64,000 bases of DNA, from the NCBI GenBank assembly GCA_025457815.1, contig JALOTQ010000001.1:17-64016 (forward strand). The letters are read 5' to 3'. The position numbers and the translations under genes were made by a program. The notes beneath the pieces were generated by a model. That model ran no database searches, had not been told where the DNA came from, and was given only the letters and a program-made list of their open reading frames with translations. The DNA is from Thermoplasmata archaeon (GTDB taxonomy: Archaea; Thermoplasmatota; Thermoplasmata; UBA10834). Below, in pieces: positions 21,044-30,430 of the stretch. The stretch's first letter is position 1, and every line of letters starts with the position of its first letter.

Positions 21044-22819
21044 TCACTTCGGCACGTGCTTGTCCAGGAAGTTGACAGACCTCGTGTACAGGTCAATCAG
21101 GTTCTTCCGCTTGCGTGGCCAGTGCCCTTCGTCCGTGTATTCGTGATACTCGGGCTCGTTCCCGAGTTCCTTCAACTTCTTCACGACCGCCCTTGACTCT
21201 GTCGGTGGGCACCTTACATCCTTCGACGAAGCGGTCATGAGGAGAGGCGCCTTCAGGCTGTGGAGGAAGTTGATGGGCGAGCGTTCGCGGAGGAACTCAG
21301 AGTCTCTGCTGAAGTCGCCCATCTTGCTCTCGTCGTACTTCTTCAGGTAGCCCCTCTCAGCCTCGTGCTCCGTCATCCAATCGAAGAAGCCAACGATGGA
21401 CACTCCAGCTGCCCACATGTCCGGATGCTTAGTCAGCGCGAGCATGCATGTGAAGCCGCTATAGCTGGCTCCCCAGTAGCACAGCCTTTCCTTGTCCACG
21501 AACCCACGGGCGATAAGGTACTTCCCTGCGTAGACGGTGTCAAGATAGTCTCCGCCTCCGAGGTCCCCGTCATGCAGGTGCAGGAACTCCCTTCCGAACC
21601 CTGTCGAGCCGCGGTAGTTCGGCTTGATGACATAGAACCCCTTGTCGAGCATCATGACGGTGAGCTGGTCCCAGATATCGCTATCTAGCATCTCAGGGCC
21701 GCCGTGCGGCATCACGACACCTGCTCGGCGGGTCTTGTCCCTCGGAGCAAAGAACAGCGCCTGGATCTTCCGGCGGTCGAAGGTCGTGAATCGCACGACT
21801 TCAGGCTTTATCCGAAGCGTCTTGGCGACGGGCTTCTTACGGAACTGGGTAATCTGCCTCGGCGAACCAGAGGAGACGTAGACCTCGTCCGGTCTCACAG
21901 ACGATCCGTTTACGAAGATGACTCTCTTGCCATCGGGCATCCACCTCATCATGCGCGAGCTGCCCTCCAGGGGAGAGACAATCCTCGTCACGCTGCCCGT
22001 CTTCACCTTCACGACCACAGCTGGCTCCATGTGCTCCATGTACGCCAGAGAGGCGCCATCCGGCGACCACTGCGGCACGAACTTCTCGTTCTTCGACCGG
22101 ACGAGCCACTTCGTCTTGCGCGTGCCCAGGTCCAGCTGGCCGATGTCCACGGAGTCGTTCTCGTTGGAGAGGAAGAGCAGCCGTCGGCCATCGCTCGACC
22201 ACGGAAATGGTCCCCCGAAATCCCCGGCGAGGCTGTATTCGACGTCCTTCTTCGACAGTATGCGCTTGGCCCGTTTCTTGGTCGGGTCCGCTGTCACGAT
22301 GTAGTCCTCGTCCCCGATGCCGACGTTGCAGGCGATTTGGTCGCCACGCGGCGACCACGCGAAGCCCTTGATAGGGAGGTCCTCGTCGGTCAACCTCTGG
22401 ATCTTCCCGCCCCGAGAGCCGATCACATACAGGTTCTCGATGTCGTCCTTCCTGTTCGACAGGAAGGCGATGGACTTCCCATCAGGCGAGAACTGAGGCA
22501 TGAAGTTGTCCTCGACGCTGTCCGTTATCTTCCTTGCCCGCTTGCCGTCAGGCCCGACCGTGACGACATCGTGGTTCTCGTCCCCCTCGAAATCCTTCTG
22601 GAAGGCAATCAACCGACCATCAGGCGAGAATGTTGGGTTCCTTAGTGATTGCTCTTCGGAGAGCATGTACCTCAACCTGCCAGTGTGCAGGTCGAGCATC
22701 GCCAGCTCCCAGTTCTTACCTCTGTTCACCGAGCACACGGCGGTCTTCCCTGCCGGGTGCACGTCGAAATCCTGGATCTCAACCTCGTCGAACAGGTCTC
22801 GGGCTTGACTGTCGTTCAT
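21044..22819 (-). CDS. S9 family peptidase (beta-propeller plus alpha/beta hydrolase)
   Basis: WD40-like SPDG repeats; HGGP, NYRGSTGFG, GASYSG, D-V-R, DEGH. Confidence 0.9.
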   Translation of the reverse strand: MNDSQARDLFDEVEIQDFDVHPAGKTAVCSVNRGKNWELAMLDLHTGRLRYMLSEEQSLRNPTFSPDGRLIAFQKDFEGDENHDVVTVGPDGKRARKITDSVEDNFMPQFSPDGKSIAFLSNRKDDIENLYVIGSRGGKIQRLTDEDLPIKGFAWSPRGDQIACNVGIGDEDYIVTADPTKKRAKRILSKKDVEYSLAGDFGGPFPWSSDGRRLLFLSNENDSVDIGQLDLGTRKTKWLVRSKNEKFVPQWSPDGASLAYMEHMEPAVVVKVKTGSVTRIVSPLEGSSRMMRWMPDGKRVIFVNGSSVRPDEVYVSSGSPRQITQFRKKPVAKTLRIKPEVVRFTTFDRRKIQALFFAPRDKTRRAGVVMPHGGPEMLDSDIWDQLTVMMLDKGFYVIKPNYRGSTGFGREFLHLHDGDLGGGDYLDTVYAGKYLIARGFVDKERLCYWGASYSGFTCMLALTKHPDMWAAGVSIVGFFDWMTEHEAERGYLKKYDESKMGDFSRDSEFLRERSPINFLHSLKAPLLMTASSKDVRCPPTESRAVVKKLKELGNEPEYHEYTDEGHWPRKRKNLIDLYTRSVNFLDKHVPK

Positions 22820-22887
22820 GCTAGCATCTCGGAGCCCGAATGGCATCCGCTAGTTTTACACTTTGGATTGTGGCGGATGCTCAGAAG

Positions 22888-23664
22888 TCAAAGCCGCAGC
22901 TGCATGTGATGGATCTCCGCCATGTGGAGCTCCTCGGTAATGAGGAGGCCCTTGTCGACGAACCCCTTCTTCTCGAACCACCACATGGGCCCGTTGGGGA
23001 ACACCACGTCCTTCGATGCGGCTACGGACAGCGTGTCATAGCCCCATCCCTTCAGGTCTTGGATCAGCCTTCTCAGTGGTTGAGTTCTGAAGTCGTGCTT
23101 CTCGTCCGAGAGGTACGAGCATGTCAGGAACGCGTTCCCCTTCCTCTTGTCAGGGATCGGGTAAGGCACCGCCTCCGAGGGGAGGAACTCCGCGCCCCCG
23201 ACGCACCTGCCCTCGTACGAATGTGAATACCCGAGGTGCTTGAGCCCGTGGGTCCGCATTACCTTCCCGACCCATTCGGACTTCCCCATGCACAACCCCT
23301 CGTCCTCAGTCCCTGCACAGGTGGTGTGCGTTGACAGGACCGATTCGGGTTCTATCGGCAGCAGTGCGCCCTCGACGACCTTCTCGCTCTGGTTCACCGT
23401 GTACCCCACGGGCTCCACTTCGTCTTCGAGCATCGCCTGCACCATTTCCTTGGAAAAAGGACCGTGCCATCTGTGCTCGTCGTTGACGAGGAGCATGGTC
23501 GGGGAGAAGATCCTGTATTCCTCGGCCTTCCTGGGCTCCTCAGTAAGGTCGAACAGGTGGAGCATCACGCGCTCCTGCCATGCGAAGGTCTTGATCCTTG
23601 CCAGCAGGTAGCAGTTGTGCGGGCATTGGTTGCCGAAGTAGAAGAACTTGAGATTCGTCCTCAG
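22888..23664 (-). CDS. YoaP-like protein (thioredoxin-like QCPH domain followed by GNAT-like domain), probable CTG start
   Basis: Frame extends 32 codons upstream of the ORF-track start and includes FFYFGNQCPH; GGAGGG precedes CTG at 23664. Confidence 0.7.
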   Translation of the reverse strand: MRTNLKFFYFGNQCPHNCYLLARIKTFAWQERVMLHLFDLTEEPRKAEEYRIFSPTMLLVNDEHRWHGPFSKEMVQAMLEDEVEPVGYTVNQSEKVVEGALLPIEPESVLSTHTTCAGTEDEGLCMGKSEWVGKVMRTHGLKHLGYSHSYEGRCVGGAEFLPSEAVPYPIPDKRKGNAFLTCSYLSDEKHDFRTQPLRRLIQDLKGWGYDTLSVAASKDVVFPNGPMWWFEKKGFVDKGLLITEELHMAEIHHMQLRL

Positions 23665-23850
23665 GAACGGTCCCTCCGGGCCGTCTGGCGATTGCGCTCC
23701 CCCTTCAAGTCATTTGTCCAGAATGCCTGGCAGGCGCCCTCGACAGCGAGGCAATTTGCGAGCACTATATTAAATACCAGTCAATTGTATGGCTCTCGTA
23801 CCATTCGGCTCCGCAAGGGGTCAATGAGATTAAGCAAGGAGGTAGTCCTC

Positions 23851-24027
23851 ATCGACGACAGACCACGCAGGGACGATCGCGGTTTCGGATCCCGTCCAAG
23901 GGAGATGCACACCGTGAAATGTTCTGACTGCGGAGCTGAAGCACAGGTCCCGTTCAAGCCGACGGAAGGGAGACCTGTCTATTGCAAGGATTGTTATCAG
24001 AAGCACAGGCCGCCACGCCGGTACTGA
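23851..24027 (+). CDS. Small CxxC-x17-CxxC zinc-finger protein
   Basis: REMHTVKCSDCG..VPFKPTEGRPVYCKDC; GGAGGT 7 nt before ATC 23851 (alternative ATG at 23824). Confidence 0.85.
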   Translation: MDDRPRRDDRGFGSRPREMHTVKCSDCGAEAQVPFKPTEGRPVYCKDCYQKHRPPRRY

Positions 24028-24095
24028 TTTGCTTTTGGCAGGACTTTTGATATCAGTTCTCTAGCGCAAACCCTACCCGTTTATGGATTTTCTTT

Positions 24096-25067
24096 TCACA
24101 ATATCTGACCCGGAGGGCTCACGGGCGGTCTCGAGGGATCATAGACTTCCTCGGGCTGCCTGACCTGGGATTCCGCCTTCCTCTTCCTGACGAAGAGGAG
24201 CATGACCAGAGCGGCCGCTGCAAAAGCGACTATCGCGCTCGCCACGAGGGCCGTCGTCGACCCCGGGCGGTCCGACCGCGCCCCGAAGCTGTAGTATGTG
24301 AGCTCCGCTGTGAACTCCCCACCGCCGTCATTGTACGCCACTATCATGACATCGCTTCCCACCTTGTTCGAGATCCAGCGAGTTGCGCCGCCGTCATCGT
24401 ATTCTTCGTGAATCACGGTGCACGAGAATGTCCCCTCGGGAACGGTCACGGCCTCAACTCCTGTCACGGTGTAGTGAACGGTCTCCTCGAGCGAACCGGA
24501 ATACTGTATCGTGGAGAAGCCGTCATACTCGGTCGTGGTGTATTCGATCGGATATGTGTTGGTCCATTCATCGCCGACTGAGATGTAGGTCGGATCTTCA
24601 CCGGTCCCTCCAGGCGGAGAGTAGACAGAGACGTTGTAGATCCAGCCCTCCATTTCCACGTAAACGTCGGGAGGATACAACAGCTGCCAGGTCATTGACT
24701 GGTTGTATTCGGACAACATGGTGTCGTAGTTGTCCAAGTCCGTGTACTGCCGTTCCGTCAGCGTCTCGTAGCCAGTGACCGTGGCGTTATCGAATGTCCC
24801 GGTCACCTGCAAGTCCCAGATGGAGAGGAAGAGGTGGACGTCCTGGACCTCCCCGTTGATCAGCTTGGAGGTGATACCCTGGTAAGAGGCGTTCCAGATG
24901 CCGGTATACACGAGGGAATCGGAGTACTCGGTCACCTCGTACAGCCACATGTCGCCTTCCCTGTAGTAGCTCGCCACAGCGGAACTTTTCAGCGGAAGCG
25001 CAAGGACCGCGAGCAGGGCCACGATGAGAATGCACTGCAGCTTCACCAACATTGCCAACCGCGCCAC
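24096..25067 (-). CDS. Secreted or surface protein with C-terminal membrane anchor
   Basis: Signal-like N-terminus, Y/T/D-rich beta-type body, VTVPEGTF motif, TM helix followed by RKRK. Confidence 0.75.
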   Translation of the reverse strand: MARLAMLVKLQCILIVALLAVLALPLKSSAVASYYREGDMWLYEVTEYSDSLVYTGIWNASYQGITSKLINGEVQDVHLFLSIWDLQVTGTFDNATVTGYETLTERQYTDLDNYDTMLSEYNQSMTWQLLYPPDVYVEMEGWIYNVSVYSPPGGTGEDPTYISVGDEWTNTYPIEYTTTEYDGFSTIQYSGSLEETVHYTVTGVEAVTVPEGTFSCTVIHEEYDDGGATRWISNKVGSDVMIVAYNDGGGEFTAELTYYSFGARSDRPGSTTALVASAIVAFAAAALVMLLFVRKRKAESQVRQPEEVYDPSRPPVSPPGQIL

Positions 25068-25130
25068 TCCTGACCTGAAGCTTGTATGGACAGTCAGCGT
25101 ATATGCCCTTTACTAGAGAAACCGCGGGAG

Positions 25131-25204
25131 TGGGCCCGATCGGATTTGAACCGATGACCAACTGGTTATGAGCCAATCGCTCCGCCGGACTAAGCTACGG
25201 GCCC
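25131..25204 (-). tRNA. tRNA with CAT anticodon, most likely tRNA-Ile2 (agmatidine type)
   Basis: Cloverleaf GGGCCCG/CGGGCCC-A; anticodon loop CTCATAA; GGTTCAAATCC T arm; acceptor stem resembles archaeal Ile tRNAs rather than Met. Confidence 0.88.
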
Positions 25205-25263
25205 GCGCGCTTCAACATAAACACAGCTCTAGTTATTAGAGGGTTTCTGTGCCAGGTTCGCGC

Positions 25264-25821
25264 TCAATACTTGTACATCCTGGCCTTGCCCACTTCAAGC
25301 TCCACTCCGAGCCCGAGCGCGACCCTGTTCGAGAAGTTGAAGTAGCTCGCGATGAGGTTGACCCTCAGTATCTCCGCGTCCGTCAGTCCCGCGTCCCTGA
25401 GGTCCTTGATGTCGTCCTGAGTGATATCCTTGGGCGCGAGCGTCAGTTTCGCTGCGTAGGCCAAGAGCGCCTTCTCTCTCGCGCTCTCGTGCTTCGTCGC
25501 GAACTCCTTCATGAGCTTGTAGAGCGCGTCCGGGTCCTTCCCGACAGTCTCCAGCGCCTCCGAGTGGTGGATCGCTCCGTATGCCGACCGGTTGGCCGCG
25601 GAGACTATCACCGCGACCATCTCGCGCTCCTCCCTCGTCAGCGGGCCGGGGTCTATCATGAGGTGGACGTACATGCGCACGTGGTCCTCGAGAATGTCCG
25701 GCTCTGCCCCCTGCGCCAGGAAGATGTTCGCGAGGTGCCCTCGCTCCTTCAGGATCTTCTCGTAGACCTTCTTCGTCTTTCCGCTCGCCTCGTCCTTTCC
25801 CACAGTCCGTATCCAGGTCAT
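25264..25821 (-). CDS. AhpD/carboxymuconolactone decarboxylase-like (peroxidase-related) protein lacking CxxC
   Basis: LTREEREMVAVIVSAAN-SAYG-HH; LRDAGLTDAEI; YFNFSNR; no Cys in the protein. Confidence 0.85.
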   Translation of the reverse strand: MTWIRTVGKDEASGKTKKVYEKILKERGHLANIFLAQGAEPDILEDHVRMYVHLMIDPGPLTREEREMVAVIVSAANRSAYGAIHHSEALETVGKDPDALYKLMKEFATKHESAREKALLAYAAKLTLAPKDITQDDIKDLRDAGLTDAEILRVNLIASYFNFSNRVALGLGVELEVGKARMYKY

Positions 25822-25905
25822 GCCAAGGCACCCCCGTGCGGCCGACGGGCACTCGCCCGTCGCAGGTACTAGTTGAGGGCTTCTAATAAAGGTTGTCGTG
25901 GGCGT

Positions 25906-26364
25906 TCATCTGAGATTCTTCAGGACCTCGATGGCCTCGCTGATGTCCGGCTGGGTCGCGGGCTCGTACTCGCGTTTGTAGGCCACCTTGCCCTTCTTGT
26001 CTATCACGAAAATCGTCCGCTTCGCGAACCCCTTGTCCTCGTATAACGCGCCGTAGAGTGGCACGACCTTCTTGCCGAAGTCCCCCAGGAGCGGGAACTT
26101 GATCCCGAGCTCCTTCGCGAAGGCCTTCTCCGACCAAGTGCTGTCAACGCTCGACGCCAGTATCTGCGTGTCAAGCTTCAGGATTACATCCTGCTTCTCG
26201 TTCAGCTCTCCCAGCTCGTTCGTGCACACTGGGCTGAAAGCGAATGGGAAGAATGCGAGCAGGATGTTCTTCTTTCCTCTGTGCTGGCTGAGACGGACCT
26301 TCTTGCCGCTCTGATCCTCGAGCTCGAAGTCCGGGGCCATGTCTCCGACCTTTATGGTTGGCAT
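25906..26364 (-). CDS. 1-Cys peroxiredoxin (AhpC/TSA, AhpE-like)
   Basis: GDMAPDFEL, FFPFAFSPVCTNE, FPLLGDF, RTIFVID. Confidence 0.9.
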   Translation of the reverse strand: MPTIKVGDMAPDFELEDQSGKKVRLSQHRGKKNILLAFFPFAFSPVCTNELGELNEKQDVILKLDTQILASSVDSTWSEKAFAKELGIKFPLLGDFGKKVVPLYGALYEDKGFAKRTIFVIDKKGKVAYKREYEPATQPDISEAIEVLKNLR

Positions 26365-26529
26365 AGTGCTCCTCCTTCAATCCTTCTGTCGCTCCATCCA
26401 TCTGTCGGTATTTGTCCTTAGTCCCATATCGGACCGGCGCGGTTCGCAAGGGCCAGTGGGCCGTTCGCAGGAATGATAACGAGATGGTGCCCTTAATTAC
26501 AGCGGGAGCCCAAATCGTAGCCGAGACCG

Positions 26530-27516
26530 ATGCTCACGCGGAAAGGCAGAGCCCTGTGGGTCCTGGCCCTACTGTCCCCGATTATCGCCGAGCTCTGCTC
26601 AGGCTCCTCTCCTCCCTTCGAGTTCTTCATACCCACGAGCTTCGCCCTCCTGCTAGGTCTCTACGGCGCCGGCGTGCTCGTCGTCCGGGAACTCTCGGTC
26701 ATGTGGAGGACCGGGTGGATAGGCGTGATCGTCCTTGGGGCGGCCTACGGCATTCTCGAGGAAGGGGTCGCTATCAAGAGTTTCTTCGACCCCGGGTGGA
26801 TGGACCTCGGCAACCTGGGCGTCTACGGCAGGGAGCTTGGCACGAACTGGGTCTGGGCCGTCTGGCTCACGATATACCACTCGGCGATAAGCATCTCGCT
26901 GCCGATACTGATAATCTCGCTTCTTTACCCCGACCTTAGGTCCGAGAGGCTGCTCACGGACAAGGCTTTCAAGACAGTTCTTGTCATCCTCTTCATCGAC
27001 GTGCTCGTCTGCACTACCCTTCTCAACAGCTACGTTCCGTACGCGCCCATGTACCTGCTGTCGATTGTCGCTGTGATAGGTCTCACGCTGTACGCGAAGC
27101 ATATCCCCCGCGGGTTCTTGATGCCCACCAGGGCGAACCCGTCATGGAAGCCGAGCACGTTCTTCATGATAGGGTTCTTCTTCATCCTCTTCAGCTTCGT
27201 CGTGTCTGGCGCTTTTTCGGAGACGGCACTGCCTCCATTGGTGCCGATTGCGTTGCTCCTCCTGATCGCCTTCTATGTGCTCATACTTGTCAGATACGGC
27301 ATGGGCCAGACCGGCAACACCGCCCAGAAGGCGTATTTCGCGTCAGGGATACTGTTCTTCTTCGTCCCATTCGGGATCATGAACGAGTTCAACGGGTATC
27401 CGGGGATGTCCGTCGTCGGAGTGGTCACGGCCCTGTTTATAGTCGACTTCATGCGATGGTCCGAAGGCAAGAGGGTCCGGATCTTCAGGGTCGGCTCGTG
27501 GCTCTACGGTAGATGA
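26530..27516 (+). CDS. Polytopic membrane protein of unknown function
   Basis: About 9-10 hydrophobic segments; SPIIAELCSGS, YGILEEG..KSFF, HSAISI. Confidence 0.8.
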   Translation: MLTRKGRALWVLALLSPIIAELCSGSSPPFEFFIPTSFALLLGLYGAGVLVVRELSVMWRTGWIGVIVLGAAYGILEEGVAIKSFFDPGWMDLGNLGVYGRELGTNWVWAVWLTIYHSAISISLPILIISLLYPDLRSERLLTDKAFKTVLVILFIDVLVCTTLLNSYVPYAPMYLLSIVAVIGLTLYAKHIPRGFLMPTRANPSWKPSTFFMIGFFFILFSFVVSGAFSETALPPLVPIALLLLIAFYVLILVRYGMGQTGNTAQKAYFASGILFFFVPFGIMNEFNGYPGMSVVGVVTALFIVDFMRWSEGKRVRIFRVGSWLYGR

Positions 27517-27523
27517 GAAAGAA

Positions 27524-27600
27524 TGGCGCCGTCGAACGGTTTCGAACCGTTGACCTTCCGCTTAACAGGCGGACGCTCTACCAGGCTGAGCTACGACGGC
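27524..27600 (-). tRNA. tRNA-Asn(GTT) with encoded CCA
   Basis: GCCGTCG..CGACGGC-G-CCA; anticodon loop CTGTTAA; GGTTCGAAACC. Confidence 0.95.
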
Positions 27601-27702
27601 GTGTTGGGCTGCGCAGGGGCGCAGTTAGAGTGACCAGTTAGATAAGCCTTTTGCACCCCTGAGACTCTCTTGCGTAAGAACAATGGGGCGGGAACTCGAC
27701 CT

Positions 27703-28020
27703 CTATTCTATCGATTCCCGCAGCTCATTGACGGTATTGCTCATCGTCTCCAGGATGTCCTTCAGGTGGTCCAGGAAATCCTGTATCTTCTGGGTCGTGA
27801 CCGCGCCGTCAGGGGAGGGATCGATCAACCCCTCCTGCTCCAGTATCCTGAGCGAGTAGCGCACCTTGTGCTGCGGGTACTCCAGCATCTCCGAGAGCCT
27901 GATGATGCCAATCGGCTCGTTGTCCATGATCGCCTTCAGCATCGCGACATGTCTCTGGAGTAGGTCTATCTCTGTCTCGATCTTGCTCGTCAGGACGGAC
28001 TTGCCAGCCTTTCCCTTCAT
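27703..28020 (-). CDS. Winged-HTH transcription regulator
   Basis: LQRHVAML..EPIGIIRLSE..HKVRYSLRILEQEGLIDPS..GA. Confidence 0.85.
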   Translation of the reverse strand: MKGKAGKSVLTSKIETEIDLLQRHVAMLKAIMDNEPIGIIRLSEMLEYPQHKVRYSLRILEQEGLIDPSPDGAVTTQKIQDFLDHLKDILETMSNTVNELRESIE

Positions 28021-28180
28021 CTCTGCACCTTCTTGATCGGGTCTGATCTGTCGGAGACGCTATGTCGTGCTACATGATAGCATTTGGCCGTATTTGAACC
28101 GGAACGGGGCAACAATCGAGTTGGTAGATGAGTGTCACCAGACAACTTTGATATAATCTCTGTCGAATTGCGTAGCAAGC

Positions 28181-28927
28181 ATGGCAGTGATCGAGGGCCG
28201 CGACATACTGAAGTTCTATGGGGGCATGCGCGCCCTCGACAATGTATCGCTCACGGTCGAGAAGGGGGATTTCTTCGGGTTCTTCGGCCCGAACGGCGCC
28301 GGCAAGACCACTCTCATCAGGATACTGACTGGGCAGCTCGAACCGACCAAGGGTTCCGTCAAGGTCCTGGGCGTCGATGTCGTCAAAGACCCCCTGAAGG
28401 TGAAGGAGCTCATCGGGATCGTCCCCGAGGTGGAGAGCCCCCCGACCTATCTCACAGCGTACGAGTACCTGTACTTCGTGGGCAAGGTCAGGAACATCAA
28501 GCACCTCGAACACAGGATCGACAAATGGCTCTCGTTCTTCGACCTCGAGGAGAAGAAGGGCACGATCTGCAAGGACATGTCGAAGGGCATGAGGCAGAAG
28601 TTGATGCTCGCTTCCGCCTTCATGCACGATCCCAAGCTGCTGTTCCTCGACGAGCCGTTCATCAACCTAGACCCCATCTACCAGAGGCAGCTCAGGGAGT
28701 ATCTGGAAGAGTACGTTTCGAACGGAGGGACCGTCTTCATGGCCTCTCACATACTGGAGATCGCCGAGAGGCTCTGCAACAAGCTCTCGATTGTGAACCT
28801 TGGGAAGGTGGTCGCGGAGGGGAAGATAGATGAGCTGGTCAAAGATGGCGACACCCTCGAGCGCCTGTTCATGCGTTCCGTCGGAGTCCAAGGAGTCGGG
28901 GGTGGCCCTGCACGAAAGATCTCCTGA
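28181..28927 (+). CDS. ABC-2 type transporter ATPase
   Basis: GPNGAGKTT, MSKGMRQK, LFLDEP, SH. Confidence 0.93.
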   Translation: MAVIEGRDILKFYGGMRALDNVSLTVEKGDFFGFFGPNGAGKTTLIRILTGQLEPTKGSVKVLGVDVVKDPLKVKELIGIVPEVESPPTYLTAYEYLYFVGKVRNIKHLEHRIDKWLSFFDLEEKKGTICKDMSKGMRQKLMLASAFMHDPKLLFLDEPFINLDPIYQRQLREYLEEYVSNGGTVFMASHILEIAERLCNKLSIVNLGKVVAEGKIDELVKDGDTLERLFMRSVGVQGVGGGPARKIS

Positions 28928-30378
28928 AGCTGATGCTGAAGGAGGAGTTCAGGACACACGCGAGCTACTCCGGCAAGGGGCGTTTCCTCACATTCCCTTT
29001 CTTCGTGTTCGTGCTGACCTTGGGGTTCGGCCTCACGCTTGACACCATCACGGAGACCGTCCCGTTCTCGCGCCTGGGCCTGTTCACGAACCTGTCGGCG
29101 TTCCTGTACGGCCTCAGCGTCGGCGCGTTCGGCCTGATGGGCAGGGAGTACCTGGAGAGGAGGTACGGACGCAGCAACTACCTCATCGCGATGCCCTATC
29201 TCCTGCCCATATCCTTCCGGACGACCTTCCTGGGCATCTACCTGAGGGACGCGCTCTTCTACGTCCTGCTGCTCATGGCGCCCGCGGGGTTCGGCCTCCT
29301 CGCCGCATCCCCGATAGCCGGATTCCACCTGTCCAGCATCGGCTTCTTCTTCCTCTCCGTGCTCGTGTCGTTCCTCATCGGGCTTTCGCTGAGCTTCCTC
29401 GCATCGGTCGTCTACATCAGGAACGCCCGTGCCTTCGTCGTCATCACGGCCGCGATCGCTGCCCTGTTCGTGTCCCACGGCGTGTTCGGAGTACCCTCGC
29501 TGGAGGCCATCGTCCCGGCGCTCGGGTTTCAGATGAACGTTCCGCCTTTCGGAGAAGACTACGGCGAGGCCGTCCTGTACCTTGCGGTGTCTCTGGCCGT
29601 CTCGGCCGTCTTCGTCACATTGGCATACTTCCTGGTCCAGGTAAGGATCAGCATATCGAGCAGGATGTACTCGGATCAGCTCCCGAAGATCCACGAGAAG
29701 TTGGGATTCGTGAAAGGCCTGAGCAGGTCCCTTCTGTCGAAGGAGTTCCTCGACCTCCGCAGGAGCGGCGTCGTGACCAAGATGTTCTTCTCGTTCGTGC
29801 TTCCTCTCCTCTTCCTCTCGTTCACGACATGGTACGTCAACTACGGGATGAACATACCAGTCGGGTTCAATGCGGTCTTCTACGCCGCCATGGTGGGCTT
29901 CATCGGGGTGATGATGTACAACTGGCTGAACAACATCGATCTGGCAGAGTACTACTCCCTGCTGCCAGTGACCGTGCCCCAGCTCATACGCATGCGGATA
30001 GTCGTGTACCTCGTTCTCACGTCGGGCATATCCGTCTTCTTCGTCGTGGCCATCGCGGTCCTGAACGGCGAGACGGAGCTGCTCTGGCTCGCCATCGTCG
30101 TGATGTTCATCACGTCCGTCTACATGGTCGTCCTCACAGCCTATCTCACGGGCCTCAAGACCAACACCTTCCTGTTCGACACGTCCGTCCTGATGAAGTT
30201 CAGCGTGATGTCCTTCCTGCCTGACGTGTGCCTCACGATCCTCTCGTTCAGCCTGCTCTCGAACTGGTTGGTCTCAGTCGTCGGCATTGCTCTCGTGCTG
30301 TCCTCGATGGGCATCACCACGTGGGTACTGTTCCGGGGCATCGAGAGCAAGTGGTCCAAGACGCCGTTCTACGCCTGA
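28912..30378 (+). CDS. ABC-2 type permease (12-TM-like); start ACG 28912 or ATG 28933
   Basis: Follows the ATPase; LKEEFR..H and SKEFLDLRRS repeats; many TM segments. Confidence 0.85.
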   Translation, partial: TKDLLKLMLKEEFRTHASYSGKGRFLTFPFFVFVLTLGFGLTLDTITETVPFSRLGLFTNLSAFLYGLSVGAFGLMGREYLERRYGRSNYLIAMPYLLPISFRTTFLGIYLRDALFYVLLLMAPAGFGLLAASPIAGFHLSSIGFFFLSVLVSFLIGLSLSFLASVVYIRNARAFVVITAAIAALFVSHGVFGVPSLEAIVPALGFQMNVPPFGEDYGEAVLYLAVSLAVSAVFVTLAYFLVQVRISISSRMYSDQLPKIHEKLGFVKGLSRSLLSKEFLDLRRSGVVTKMFFSFVLPLLFLSFTTWYVNYGMNIPVGFNAVFYAAMVGFIGVMMYNWLNNIDLAEYYSLLPVTVPQLIRMRIVVYLVLTSGISVFFVVAIAVLNGETELLWLAIVVMFITSVYMVVLTAYLTGLKTNTFLFDTSVLMKFSVMSFLPDVCLTILSFSLLSNWLVSVVGIALVLSSMGITTWVLFRGIESKWSKTPFYA

Positions 30379-30430
30379 GGCCAAGGATTATCCGCCCTCA
30401 AGCGGATTGGCCTGGATGCCTGTGCAGACC

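Noticed and set aside
25131-25204. Calling the CAT tRNA Met or initiator
   Set aside because: It lacks the initiator A1-U72 pair and the three G-C anticodon-stem pairs; the GGGCCC acceptor fits Ile2 better, though elongator Met is not fully excluded
24096-27600. Possible integrated island at or between the two tRNA genes
   Set aside because: No integrase, no duplicated tRNA 3' end seen, and codon usage matches the host
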